Shown piece after piece: positions 18,102-26,852 of a stretch of DNA of 32,000 nt. Each line of letters begins with the position of its first letter. Within the stretch, counting starts at the first letter, position 1. Source of the DNA: Candidatus Hermodarchaeota archaeon (GTDB lineage Archaea; Asgardarchaeota; Heimdallarchaeia; Hodarchaeales; Hodarchaeaceae). The stretch spans positions 120,001-152,000 of the forward strand of contig JBHLKY010000009.1 in NCBI GenBank assembly GCA_048886185.1. Direction: 5' to 3'. The notes below the pieces were generated by a model. It was given only the letters and a program-made list of their open reading frames with translations. It was not told the DNA's origin and made no database searches. The position numbers and the translations under genes were made by a program.

Positions 18102-20387
18102 TCAACCACCACCAAAGATTTGGTTGAATCCGACCTGATCCATGTTGTCAAACAGAAGGTTAATCAGTTCAAAGTTATCCTCCTGTAGTGAAAATTCAGT
18201 TAAGAGTTCTAATGTAATAATAGCATTTTGAACTCCAAATGCAAGACCTGCTATGGATTTAGGGTCTGCTTCAAGTGTATCATCAGGATCTTCAGGAGGG
18301 TATGGATGATGTAAAGTATTTTTCCACTCGGTTGTAAGAGTAGCTGAGAGAACCGTTGTTTCTTCAATCTTATAATAACCAGCGCTAGCATTATCGATTG
18401 CATAATCCATAAATTCTTTCGTTTTCTCGATAGAGTCATTTCCAGCAAAATTAAGGAAAAATTCAGTGCCATTTGGGCCTGCATTAGCTCTGATTGCATT
18501 GTAAGTCGAGTTGAACAAATTTAATCCTTCAGTGAATGAATAGGCTGATGCAAGGGTATAATCTAATGCTGTAAGTAGGTTATCTATCTCTGAGACATTT
18601 GTGTAAAATTGACTAAGCATATTACTAAAGTCGATTAGCATGGGTTTTAGAGAACCATCAATGATATCTCCATAGCTATTCTCTTCTGAAGCGTAACTAA
18701 GACTTAATTCTCTTGCTTTACCAATGTTGTACTGGGCAGCGTTAAAAATAATACGCGTCTCGCTTACTTGAGTCGTAAGGTCTCCTAAGTCAGCACTAAT
18801 AGTTTCTAAATCTTCATCAGCAAAATTAATTGAAGTTAACTCTTCAAGAACATCTTCAATTTCCATATAGCACTCTGTTCCATTGGTTGCTGCTTTTGCA
18901 AAATATGCGAGTAGTTCTGTCATATCTGAGAGTATTTTTACTGTTCCATAAAAAGGTAAAACTGATTCTTCGTCAAGCTCTGATATGTCTATAGCTCGGA
19001 GAGTAGTATTGGCTTCTACTAGATCAATAGCTGCGTTTCCCATCCAATTATTTGCGCCTTCAAAATCACTGTCTCCTAAGTCCTCTATCGCAAGGGTTGT
19101 TTCATAAGTGGCATTTAAGAAGTCAATGGCACCTTCAGCCACTCTTAGTATGATCCCATATCCTGCACGAGCTTCTTCTACAATTTCAATAACAAATTCT
19201 AATTCCCCTCCTTCACCAACAAACACCTCACTTACGATATCTATAGCTTTGTCTAGTGCCTCAAGTACCCCTTCCCTTGAAACATTGAAATAATTTATAG
19301 CAGATGAGATATTCTCCAATCCATAATTAAAGTTAGGATTATAGGTGGCTTCGGTCTTGACAATAGATGCTCCAGTGCCACTTCCTATGTCGGATTCTCC
19401 TAATACGGTGAAAGTACGATTGAATCCATCAGTCAAACAATAATATCCAAGTAAAAGATTGGGGATATCTGCGGAAACAAGTGCCAAGATATCTGAAATG
19501 TCAAGAAGGATGTCGACTTTCTGCATGTTTATACCTCCCATTTCTTCAGGCAGGAGTTGCAAAAGTGCTTTAATATAAAAATTCCCTTGGACATGATCGA
19601 ATTTATAGGCTGATCGGGAAAACCATTTTGCTGCACGTTCAGCTGCATCCGATAATTCTTGAATTTTTTCTGGATCGTTCAAATTGATCGGTACACTCCC
19701 AGTTTGAGCACCAGCTCCGTTTCCTAATTCACCACCAAAAACACTGTAAAACTCTGCTGCGCCAGCGGCTAATGAAATTCCACCATCAGTAAAGTTCGCA
19801 ATACCATGATAAATAAATGGAACAGTAATTAAAATTAGAATCATGAAGATGGCTGCAATAGGTTTAACAATGACTGAAAGGATAGAGAGATTACCTTTTT
19901 TAGTCCAGATGCCTGTTGCCAAGGTTGAGAGAAAGAATCCTAAAAATAAGGCCATAAACTCTAGTATAATTAGGTCTACAATGATAGCGATTTGTATGAC
20001 TGCATTCATCAACTCAGCACTTGATTCTTCAACTATGTTACTTTTAGCGATTGATCCAAGTGGTCCTGCTAGCTCTGAAAGTAAACCATAAGGATTCACG
20101 AACCAACCACCAGTGAACGTAGAAGCAAAGAATAGAACAACCCATGAGATAGGTGCAGCAAATATACTTAATAGACCCAATAATTTCGAACGAGCAAGTA
20201 TTCCTGTAAGACAAAAGGCTATTGCTACAACTATTAATTCTATTTGGAGTAGTAGTGCATTCTTTTGTGCACCTAGGATAGCAAAAACTAATGCAATAAT
20301 AATAGGTGCAATCACTGCTGCTAAAAAGGCTTGCCATAGAGGTAAAGCCTTGATCGTACGCATATCGTCTGATTCAGCTTCAAACAT
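18102..20387 (-). CDS. Large membrane-anchored protein with a long helical ectodomain, function unknown
   Basis: GGTGA SD at 20398-20394 before ATG 20387. About 5 N-terminal TM helices, then about 550 aa of acidic amphipathic helices with at least 12 N-x-S/T sequons. Confidence 0.7.
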   Translation of the reverse strand: MFEAESDDMRTIKALPLWQAFLAAVIAPIIIALVFAILGAQKNALLLQIELIVVAIAFCLTGILARSKLLGLLSIFAAPISWVVLFFASTFTGGWFVNPYGLLSELAGPLGSIAKSNIVEESSAELMNAVIQIAIIVDLIILEFMALFLGFFLSTLATGIWTKKGNLSILSVIVKPIAAIFMILILITVPFIYHGIANFTDGGISLAAGAAEFYSVFGGELGNGAGAQTGSVPINLNDPEKIQELSDAAERAAKWFSRSAYKFDHVQGNFYIKALLQLLPEEMGGINMQKVDILLDISDILALVSADIPNLLLGYYCLTDGFNRTFTVLGESDIGSGTGASIVKTEATYNPNFNYGLENISSAINYFNVSREGVLEALDKAIDIVSEVFVGEGGELEFVIEIVEEARAGYGIILRVAEGAIDFLNATYETTLAIEDLGDSDFEGANNWMGNAAIDLVEANTTLRAIDISELDEESVLPFYGTVKILSDMTELLAYFAKAATNGTECYMEIEDVLEELTSINFADEDLETISADLGDLTTQVSETRIIFNAAQYNIGKARELSLSYASEENSYGDIIDGSLKPMLIDFSNMLSQFYTNVSEIDNLLTALDYTLASAYSFTEGLNLFNSTYNAIRANAGPNGTEFFLNFAGNDSIEKTKEFMDYAIDNASAGYYKIEETTVLSATLTTEWKNTLHHPYPPEDPDDTLEADPKSIAGLAFGVQNAIITLELLTEFSLQEDNFELINLLFDNMDQVGFNQIFGGG

Positions 20388-20511
20388 AATCAATCACCAT
20401 AATTTTCTATTGGAAATACTTTTTCTTAAGACAATTCTTCTATTATAGAAATATGATTCGATATTTACTCTTGTGCTTATTAAACGTAACGGTACGCAAA
20501 CTGCTGATTTT

Positions 20512-21408
20512 TCAGAGTGTAAAAGTAATTAAGTAAATGCATATAGTCATAACTAGTGCAGAACTCATATTAACTAAATCGTTGTTAATCAATGCGAATC
20601 CTCGGGATAGTAATGTTTCATTCCCACATCGTTTATGAGGGTTTGTTTCTGTTTCTTTCTCACAATAATTGCAGTAATAAATTCCTTGAATAGACGCACC
20701 CTCAATTGAGTCGATTATTGACCCTAAAAAACCACCAATGGCAATTATGCAAATAATCATAATTACTCGTCCATTAATTATGACATTAGGAAAAGCTAAA
20801 ATAACGATAGCTAAATAGACTATCGCTACTAGCCCAGCACCAAATATAGATGCTGCACAACCGTCGATAGTGATCCCACCGCTTGTTCCTCGAGCGACTA
20901 TTTTGTGTAAATTAGTAATCAATCTAGGAGATCTTTTTGATAGAATACCAATTTCTGTTGCCCATGTATCGGCAGTATGAACTGCAAATGCGACAAATAC
21001 CCCAATGAAAAAAGGGTTAAGTGGATTATGCTGAGTAACATTGGAATCTATCAATTTTGGCAGGAATTCAGTTACCCCATAACCAATTGCAAATAAAAAG
21101 GGCACAAGACTATTCGCCACTACTTGCAGCGCATCACGTTGAGATGATCCCTTCGCAAACTCCATTACTGTATCAGACTTCTCGTTTGTTTTGACTTTGG
21201 ACAATATTGACGAACTAAAGAAAAATATACAAAGCACAATCCAAAAAAACGGTTGAATTATGAATAATGAAAGACCAAGTACTGCTGCAGCTGTTATTCC
21301 TCCTGGGAAAGTAAGGTATTTTTTTCTTAAAATAATGAAAAAAATTGGTAAATTAAATATCAACGCTAGAGGGGTCATCTGATAAAGGTATACTATAATC
21401 GAATACAA
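20512..21408 (-). CDS. DUF92/TMEM19 family membrane protein with a C-terminal CxxC...HxxC element
   Basis: LTFPGG..A, RDALQVVANS, ADTWATEIG, GTSGGIT..G, GGFLGS..DS..GA..Q, NNDLVN motifs. CNYC...HKRC putative Zn site. Confidence 0.88.
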   Translation of the reverse strand: MYSIIVYLYQMTPLALIFNLPIFFIILRKKYLTFPGGITAAAVLGLSLFIIQPFFWIVLCIFFFSSSILSKVKTNEKSDTVMEFAKGSSQRDALQVVANSLVPFLFAIGYGVTEFLPKLIDSNVTQHNPLNPFFIGVFVAFAVHTADTWATEIGILSKRSPRLITNLHKIVARGTSGGITIDGCAASIFGAGLVAIVYLAIVILAFPNVIINGRVIMIICIIAIGGFLGSIIDSIEGASIQGIYYCNYCEKETETNPHKRCGNETLLSRGFALINNDLVNMSSALVMTICIYLITFTL

Positions 21409-21514
21409 TAAAATACACCAATCTTGAGTGTGAAACCGCGTAATTCATTTCCTTTATTTAAAAATTAATTTTGGTAGCTGAGTATTAACATAAAGAAAGA
21501 ATTTATTCATATTC

Positions 21515-23503
21515 TCATCTTGAAAGCTCTTTACTAAATTCTTTCCAAGTTTTAATTGTCACCCCATATTTTCTAGCTTTTTCTAATTTAGATTCTCCTG
21601 GTTTTTCCCCAATTACCAGTAAGTCAAGTTTTTTTGAAATTGATGCCCATTCATAGCCCTGTTGCTCAATTACTCTCTTTAAATCTTTTTTTGGTATGCC
21701 TTCGATTTTCCCAGTAACATAGATAGTTTTTTTCACATCTACATCTTGATCAATGGTTATTTGGGCTCCTTTATTGGAAGGAAGAAATTGATCTAACCCA
21801 TTTGTTCTTCCCCTTCGTACGATTGGTTTTACCCTTTTTTTATATATGATTTCAACTCCTTTTGCTAGAAGTTGATCTCCTAAAGAGGGATCTTTAAGAC
21901 CAGTGTAAATATAATTGGCTGTGAGATCGGAGATACCTTCAAGGAGAGTTAATTGTCTTACAGTTGTGCTTTTTAAATCATTATAGGTTTTAAAGTGTTT
22001 AGCTAATGTCTTCGCCATACCCATACCAAGAGATTCAATACCTAATCCAGCTAGAAATATATGGAAAGGTAGAGTTTTCTTTTCTTGTATACTCTTGAAA
22101 ATTTTTGACCCATTTTTCCCTAAGTGATTTACTAGAATCCTTTCAGTTAACTTCGCGTCGTATAAATCCGCAAAATGTCTAATAAGACCTTCATCATAGA
22201 GTTTTGCGATATTTTTCGGGCCTAATCCTTCAATCTCTGTTATTCTTATCCAATGACGAATACTCTGGATATCACGATCACGACAAATAGATCCAGTACA
22301 TATCAAATTGACTCCTTGCCGAATTAGTTTTGAGCCACAGGATGGACAATCACTAGGAAAAATAATTTCATTCTTCCCCTTGGATATCAATTCAGTTATC
22401 TTAGGGATAACATCACCAGATCGAATAACCATGACTGTATCTCCTTCAGCTACCCCTAAGACTTCCAAAAATTCAGCATTATGTAGTGTAGCTCGCCTAA
22501 TAACGGCACCCATTACGTCAACTGGTTCTAATTCTGCTACAGGAGTAAGGATACCTGTACGGCCAACCTGCCAAGTGATATCTTGGACAACAGAGATGTC
22601 TCCCTGACTTGCAAATTTTAAAGCAATCATCCATTTAGGATGGTGTTCAGTACTTCCTGCAGAAACTCGTTGGCTTGCATCATTATATTTGAATATCAAT
22701 CCATCAATCTCAAAATCTAAATTTTGACGGTCGTGTTCCACCTGTTGAAATAAAGTTTCTATATCATGCCTGGTGGGGGATTCTAATAGTTCAAACTCTG
22801 TTGTATCAAATCCCCAAGAGCGTAAAATTTCTCCATGGACTTCCAGTGAACCAGTTTCATTTACTCCAAGTAGTTCAAAAGCTTTGAAATGTAATGATCT
22901 TTTGTCTAAGAAGCCAAGATCTTTTTGTTTAACAGTACCAACAGCTAAGTTTCGAGGACTACTATAATCAATTCCTTCTGTTGATTTAATACGGTTAAAT
23001 TCAGAGATTGACATAAAAAGTTCACCACGAATATTGACAACTGAAGTTTGAGGAATTAGCTTGGGAATTGCTGTAATTTTAAAGACAGATAAAGTTACAT
23101 CATCTCCCATAACACCATTCCCTCGCGTTGCAGCTTGGATTAAGAGCCCATTTTCATAAATAAGTGATAAAGAAAAACCATCAATCTTATAGCCAGCATA
23201 AAGATCAAGTCCTTGACTCCATTTGACCACTTCATCGATATCATTTGCCTTTTGGCAGGAAAGCATTGGGGTTCTATGTGTGATCTTCCCACCTTCTGGT
23301 GATCCAACTATGTGGAGAACAGGATTCAGAGGATCTATTTGACGTAATTTCTCTTCCAAGGCATCATAAGCTTCATCTGAAATCTCTGGTTCCGCATCAT
23401 AGTATTTTTTCTTATGATATAATATTTGATCCACTAATTTCTTAATCTCCGAATTTTTCGGTTTATTCACCATTAATATCGACCTAGTTTCTTTGAATCT
23501 CAT
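21515..23503 (-). CDS. ligA: NAD-dependent DNA ligase
   Basis: Domain Ia YY...PEISDEAYDAL, KIDG adenylation motif, TRGNG..GDDVT, RGE, PRN.A.G, IDG...K, QVGRTG.LTPVA, ATLHN, RSGDVIP, Cys4 Zn finger (CPSC...C....C), HhH repeats and BRCT. Alternative start at 23473. Confidence 0.95.
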   Translation of the reverse strand: MRFKETRSILMVNKPKNSEIKKLVDQILYHKKKYYDAEPEISDEAYDALEEKLRQIDPLNPVLHIVGSPEGGKITHRTPMLSCQKANDIDEVVKWSQGLDLYAGYKIDGFSLSLIYENGLLIQAATRGNGVMGDDVTLSVFKITAIPKLIPQTSVVNIRGELFMSISEFNRIKSTEGIDYSSPRNLAVGTVKQKDLGFLDKRSLHFKAFELLGVNETGSLEVHGEILRSWGFDTTEFELLESPTRHDIETLFQQVEHDRQNLDFEIDGLIFKYNDASQRVSAGSTEHHPKWMIALKFASQGDISVVQDITWQVGRTGILTPVAELEPVDVMGAVIRRATLHNAEFLEVLGVAEGDTVMVIRSGDVIPKITELISKGKNEIIFPSDCPSCGSKLIRQGVNLICTGSICRDRDIQSIRHWIRITEIEGLGPKNIAKLYDEGLIRHFADLYDAKLTERILVNHLGKNGSKIFKSIQEKKTLPFHIFLAGLGIESLGMGMAKTLAKHFKTYNDLKSTTVRQLTLLEGISDLTANYIYTGLKDPSLGDQLLAKGVEIIYKKRVKPIVRRGRTNGLDQFLPSNKGAQITIDQDVDVKKTIYVTGKIEGIPKKDLKRVIEQQGYEWASISKKLDLLVIGEKPGESKLEKARKYGVTIKTWKEFSKELSR

Positions 23504-23630
23504 TTGAGGTATAAATTACTAAAAAATATGAATTTAGGGATGATCTTCCTTCCTGTTTGGTCTAGACTACTATTATATAAAATGATGATGATTGAGAACA
23601 AAAGAAGTATTAAAGATGTGTTGAGTTTTT

Positions 23631-24470
23631 ATGGACATAGATTTAATATTAAAAATAGGGGGATCTTGTTTTTCAAATAAAATATTGTTACAGAAGGCAT
23701 TAAAAACTCACAATCAAGAGGATATTAAGGCAGCTGTTAATATTAATTCAAAAAACATAGATCAGATTGCTGCTGAGATCCGTGCAATTTATCCCTCCAA
23801 CAAAAATATGATCATTTTGACAGGAGTCGGAACTCCAGGCCATTACACAGTATTGAAGCATAAATTGCATAAAGGTAATACTGGAGAGCTTAAACAACAT
23901 CTTGGGTTATTAGAAGCACAAATTATAGTTAATTATCTAAGACAATCTATCTTAGAGGCCTTCTTGAAGTATGAAGTGCCTGTATTTCAAGCCTATGCCT
24001 CCAGTATGTACGAATCAGATAAGATGCGAATAATTAGGGCGAATACAGAAAACATAGAAAAGTTCTTAGCCTCAGGATTAGTACCAGTGATTTCAGGAGA
24101 CATGGTTCCAGATGTGACAATGGGATACAGCGTTCTTTCGGGAGATCAGATACTAGCAGATTTAGCAAGAAAATTTAAACCAAAAAAAATTGTATATGGA
24201 TCGGATGTTGATGGAATTTTCACTTTAGACCCAAAGATGGACTCTAGATCTCGTTTAATCCCTAAAATCTCTCGAAATGAAATTAAATCAATAATAAAAA
24301 AATTATCGAGTGGAGATGCCTCAGGACAGATGAGTGGTAAGCTAACTGAGATCAAGAACTTACTAGATAGCGGTTTTCATGATATAATTCTACTAAACCT
24401 AACAAAGCCAGGTGTTCTACAGCGAGTCCTGAATAATGAAGAAGAATTTCACACAAGATTTTTTTTATGA
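23631..24470 (+). CDS. ipk: Isopentenyl phosphate kinase-like protein (amino-acid kinase family)
   Basis: LKIGGS..S.K, GH with the IPK-type His, G.VPVI.GD.V, SGDQI, SDVDGIF..DP and D.SG.M.GKL motifs. Several consensus positions are divergent. Confidence 0.72.
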   Translation: MDIDLILKIGGSCFSNKILLQKALKTHNQEDIKAAVNINSKNIDQIAAEIRAIYPSNKNMIILTGVGTPGHYTVLKHKLHKGNTGELKQHLGLLEAQIIVNYLRQSILEAFLKYEVPVFQAYASSMYESDKMRIIRANTENIEKFLASGLVPVISGDMVPDVTMGYSVLSGDQILADLARKFKPKKIVYGSDVDGIFTLDPKMDSRSRLIPKISRNEIKSIIKKLSSGDASGQMSGKLTEIKNLLDSGFHDIILLNLTKPGVLQRVLNNEEEFHTRFFL

Positions 24471-25006
24471 GTTCGATTGAGAGGTTCATAGATCTGCATT
24501 ATTAATTCGATAGCTTTCTCAATTTGGTTTATTTTATTTGAAAGGACAGGAATCCCCTCAAGAGCGTCAATATTTTGGTTTGAGATGAATCCAGTTATGA
24601 AAAGAGGTTTTTGATTATTGTAACGTTCTTTTGTTTCAAAGAAGTCTTCAGTATTTCTACAAACAAAAATTAACGGAATTCTAGGGAATTTTGAAGGGTA
24701 GCTTTCGCAAATAATGACGTTAGTATCTGGTGGCAGATAATAAATGAGAGTCTGCAGATCGGTTTGTTTATCAGTATTTTGGAACAATACTATTTCATGT
24801 GGACTGGTTGATATGATAGTAGTAGCTTTTGTCTTTCTTAATAGAGCTGAATCTTTATGAGTAGGGTCAAGATCAAATTTATGCCTCAGAAATTTAATTA
24901 TTGCTACCTTAAATCCTTTAATAACTAAAGTGTCTGTTATATTTGAAGTTGTAGTTGTCTTACCTGAATTTCTGTTACCAACTACCCCAATGATTAGCTT
25001 TACCAT
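24449..25006 (-). CDS. mobB: Molybdopterin-guanine dinucleotide biosynthesis protein B-like P-loop protein
   Basis: IIGVVGNRNSGKTT P-loop, G.KVAIIK...H.FDLD...KDS and IICES segments. Overlaps the ipk 3' end convergently by 22 bp. Confidence 0.72.
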   Translation of the reverse strand: MVKLIIGVVGNRNSGKTTTTSNITDTLVIKGFKVAIIKFLRHKFDLDPTHKDSALLRKTKATTIISTSPHEIVLFQNTDKQTDLQTLIYYLPPDTNVIICESYPSKFPRIPLIFVCRNTEDFFETKERYNNQKPLFITGFISNQNIDALEGIPVLSNKINQIEKAIELIMQIYEPLNRTHKKNLV

Positions 25007-25044
25007 CGTTTTAAATTCCAGAACATTTGAATATCGTCATACTA

Positions 25045-25452
25045 TTACAAAATATAAAGTAATAAATAGATTAATACACCTCCAAAAGTAATTAATCCAC
25101 CTAGCGTTCCCCCTATGATTGCTAGTAATGCAGACACTATCATCCATATTACAGTCTCCTTATCATGGGGTTTTTGCTGGATGGTTACGAAAAGAATTCC
25201 TCCTCCACATACAAGCGTTAATATGCTCCATAAAAAGTCAAATTCTGAAGGAATGGTAAAAAAATTGGACAGGAAAAGAATTTCTAGTTCAGTTTGATCA
25301 AAAAAAGCAATAATTCCTAAAAAAATCATGATGACACCTCCAATAGCTACGAAAAGTACTCCTGCTGTTGTACCATATCGGTGCCACTTTGTTTTATATT
25401 TTCGTCTTGGCAATTTTGTTTTCATCTCTTCTCTTATTGATATATGATCCAT
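25045..25452 (-). CDS. Small multi-pass membrane protein, function unknown
   Basis: Basic N-terminus followed by 3-4 Gly-rich TM helices. ATG 25452 or 25425 is more plausible than 25506, given the short gap to the divergent gene. Confidence 0.6.
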   Translation of the reverse strand: MDHISIREEMKTKLPRRKYKTKWHRYGTTAGVLFVAIGGVIMIFLGIIAFFDQTELEILFLSNFFTIPSEFDFLWSILTLVCGGGILFVTIQQKPHDKETVIWMIVSALLAIIGGTLGGLITFGGVLIYLLLYIL

Positions 25453-25535
25453 TTGTATTATAAAAGTAAGATCGGGCGGTTTCTGATTACTTATAGATAA
25501 TTTCAAAAATCATCTAAGATTTTTTCTTTCTTATA

Positions 25536-26027
25536 ATGAAGCCTGATAATCGTACTTCTTGGGAACGTTATTTCATGAAAATTGCCCAGCAAGTAGCCAC
25601 ACGATCTACCTGTGATCGAAAACATATTGGTGCGGTCATTGTACGTGATAAGACTATTCTTTCAACAGGTTATAATGGCTCGATTCGGAAACTTCCTCAT
25701 TGTGATGATATAGGTCACATGATGGAAAATAAACATTGTGTTCGTACGGTACATGCTGAAGCAAATGCTATAGCCCAAGCAGCTAAAAATGGGATTAATG
25801 TAGATCAATCTGAAATATATATTACTGCTTCTCCTTGTTGGACATGTTTTAAATTACTCGCTAATGCAGGGATAATTAAAGTAATATTTGGAGAGTTTTA
25901 CCGTGATAGAAGGATTATTGAAGCAGCAAAACAAGCAAATATCGAGCTAAAGCATCTAGAGCTTACAAAGGAAGAAAATCGTCCTTCTACAGTAAAAAAA
26001 AGAGAAGAAAAAAACCCTAGTTTGTAA
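25536..26027 (+). CDS. dCMP deaminase/ComEB-like cytidine-deaminase family protein
   Basis: RSTC.R..IGAVIV, STGYNG, HAEANAI and PCWTC Zn-binding motifs. Confidence 0.92.
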   Translation: MKPDNRTSWERYFMKIAQQVATRSTCDRKHIGAVIVRDKTILSTGYNGSIRKLPHCDDIGHMMENKHCVRTVHAEANAIAQAAKNGINVDQSEIYITASPCWTCFKLLANAGIIKVIFGEFYRDRRIIEAAKQANIELKHLELTKEENRPSTVKKREEKNPSL

Positions 26028-26057
26028 TAAGTCTCTCTTTAACTTGATTCAATTCTT

Positions 26058-26420
26058 TTAGACATTATACCTCTGGAAATATTGAGTTCTTGCCCGTTTT
26101 GGTCTTTTTTTCCTACTTTTTCTTATAATAGTTCTTCTTTTTTGTTTCTTTACTACATTCTTTTTTGATGAATAGGAGTGTAAATTGGTTGAGTATAATC
26201 GTTTAGTTTTTTTCTTAGGATATTTTTTCTTTTTCTTCTCTGCTTGGGTATCTATTGAGGATTTTATATCAACTAAGGATTTATCGAGTGAACCAGGGGC
26301 ATAATGCCGCTTTTTCTTCTCCATGATTGCCTTAGTTTTTGCTTCTTCTTCCTCGAAATACTTAGTCGCTATATCAATTTCCGTGCGACCACGTTTGTTT
26401 CTTCTTGAGTGAGCTGTCAT
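26058..26420 (-). CDS. Small, very basic Lys/Arg-rich hypothetical protein
   Basis: GGTGA SD (26430-26426) 5 nt before ATG 26420. Long K/R runs (KKKKKYPKKK, RKSRKKRPKR). No family recognised. Confidence 0.55.
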   Translation of the reverse strand: MTAHSRRNKRGRTEIDIATKYFEEEEAKTKAIMEKKKRHYAPGSLDKSLVDIKSSIDTQAEKKKKKYPKKKTKRLYSTNLHSYSSKKNVVKKQKRRTIIRKSRKKRPKRARTQYFQRYNV

Positions 26421-26852
26421 TGAGGTCACCTGTTGTCAATATCGAGACTATTTTCTATGATCGCTGTCTCGATTTGAGTCCTTTGTATTTCCCTAATCAG
26501 TTCAGGGAAACGTCTTAGAGTCTTTTTTCTGTTTTCCCATAAGTTATATTATGGAAACCTACGCTATAATGTGTCAAAGCGAGGGATAACCTATTACTCT
26601 ATCAACGATTTACAAATCTTAACTTATTCATAGTTCTTTTCGCTTTTTTACAAATTACATCTGATTTAGTCTGGAAACGTTAAACCAGTTGTGTTTTATA
26701 AATTTAGATCTAAGTCATTCGTATCACAGAATCTACATTAGTTTTGAGAATTGGCTGTTTGTGATACTTCATATATTAGAATGATCCCTAGATTTTTAAG
26801 CTTATCGTTTTGTGAATATTGTCAGAGAATTATTGCGGTTATTGGGTCACTA

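Noticed and set aside
24449-24470. 22-bp convergent overlap of the ipk and mobB 3' ends
   Set aside because: Short tail-to-tail overlaps are common in compact archaeal genomes. There is no evidence for antisense regulation.
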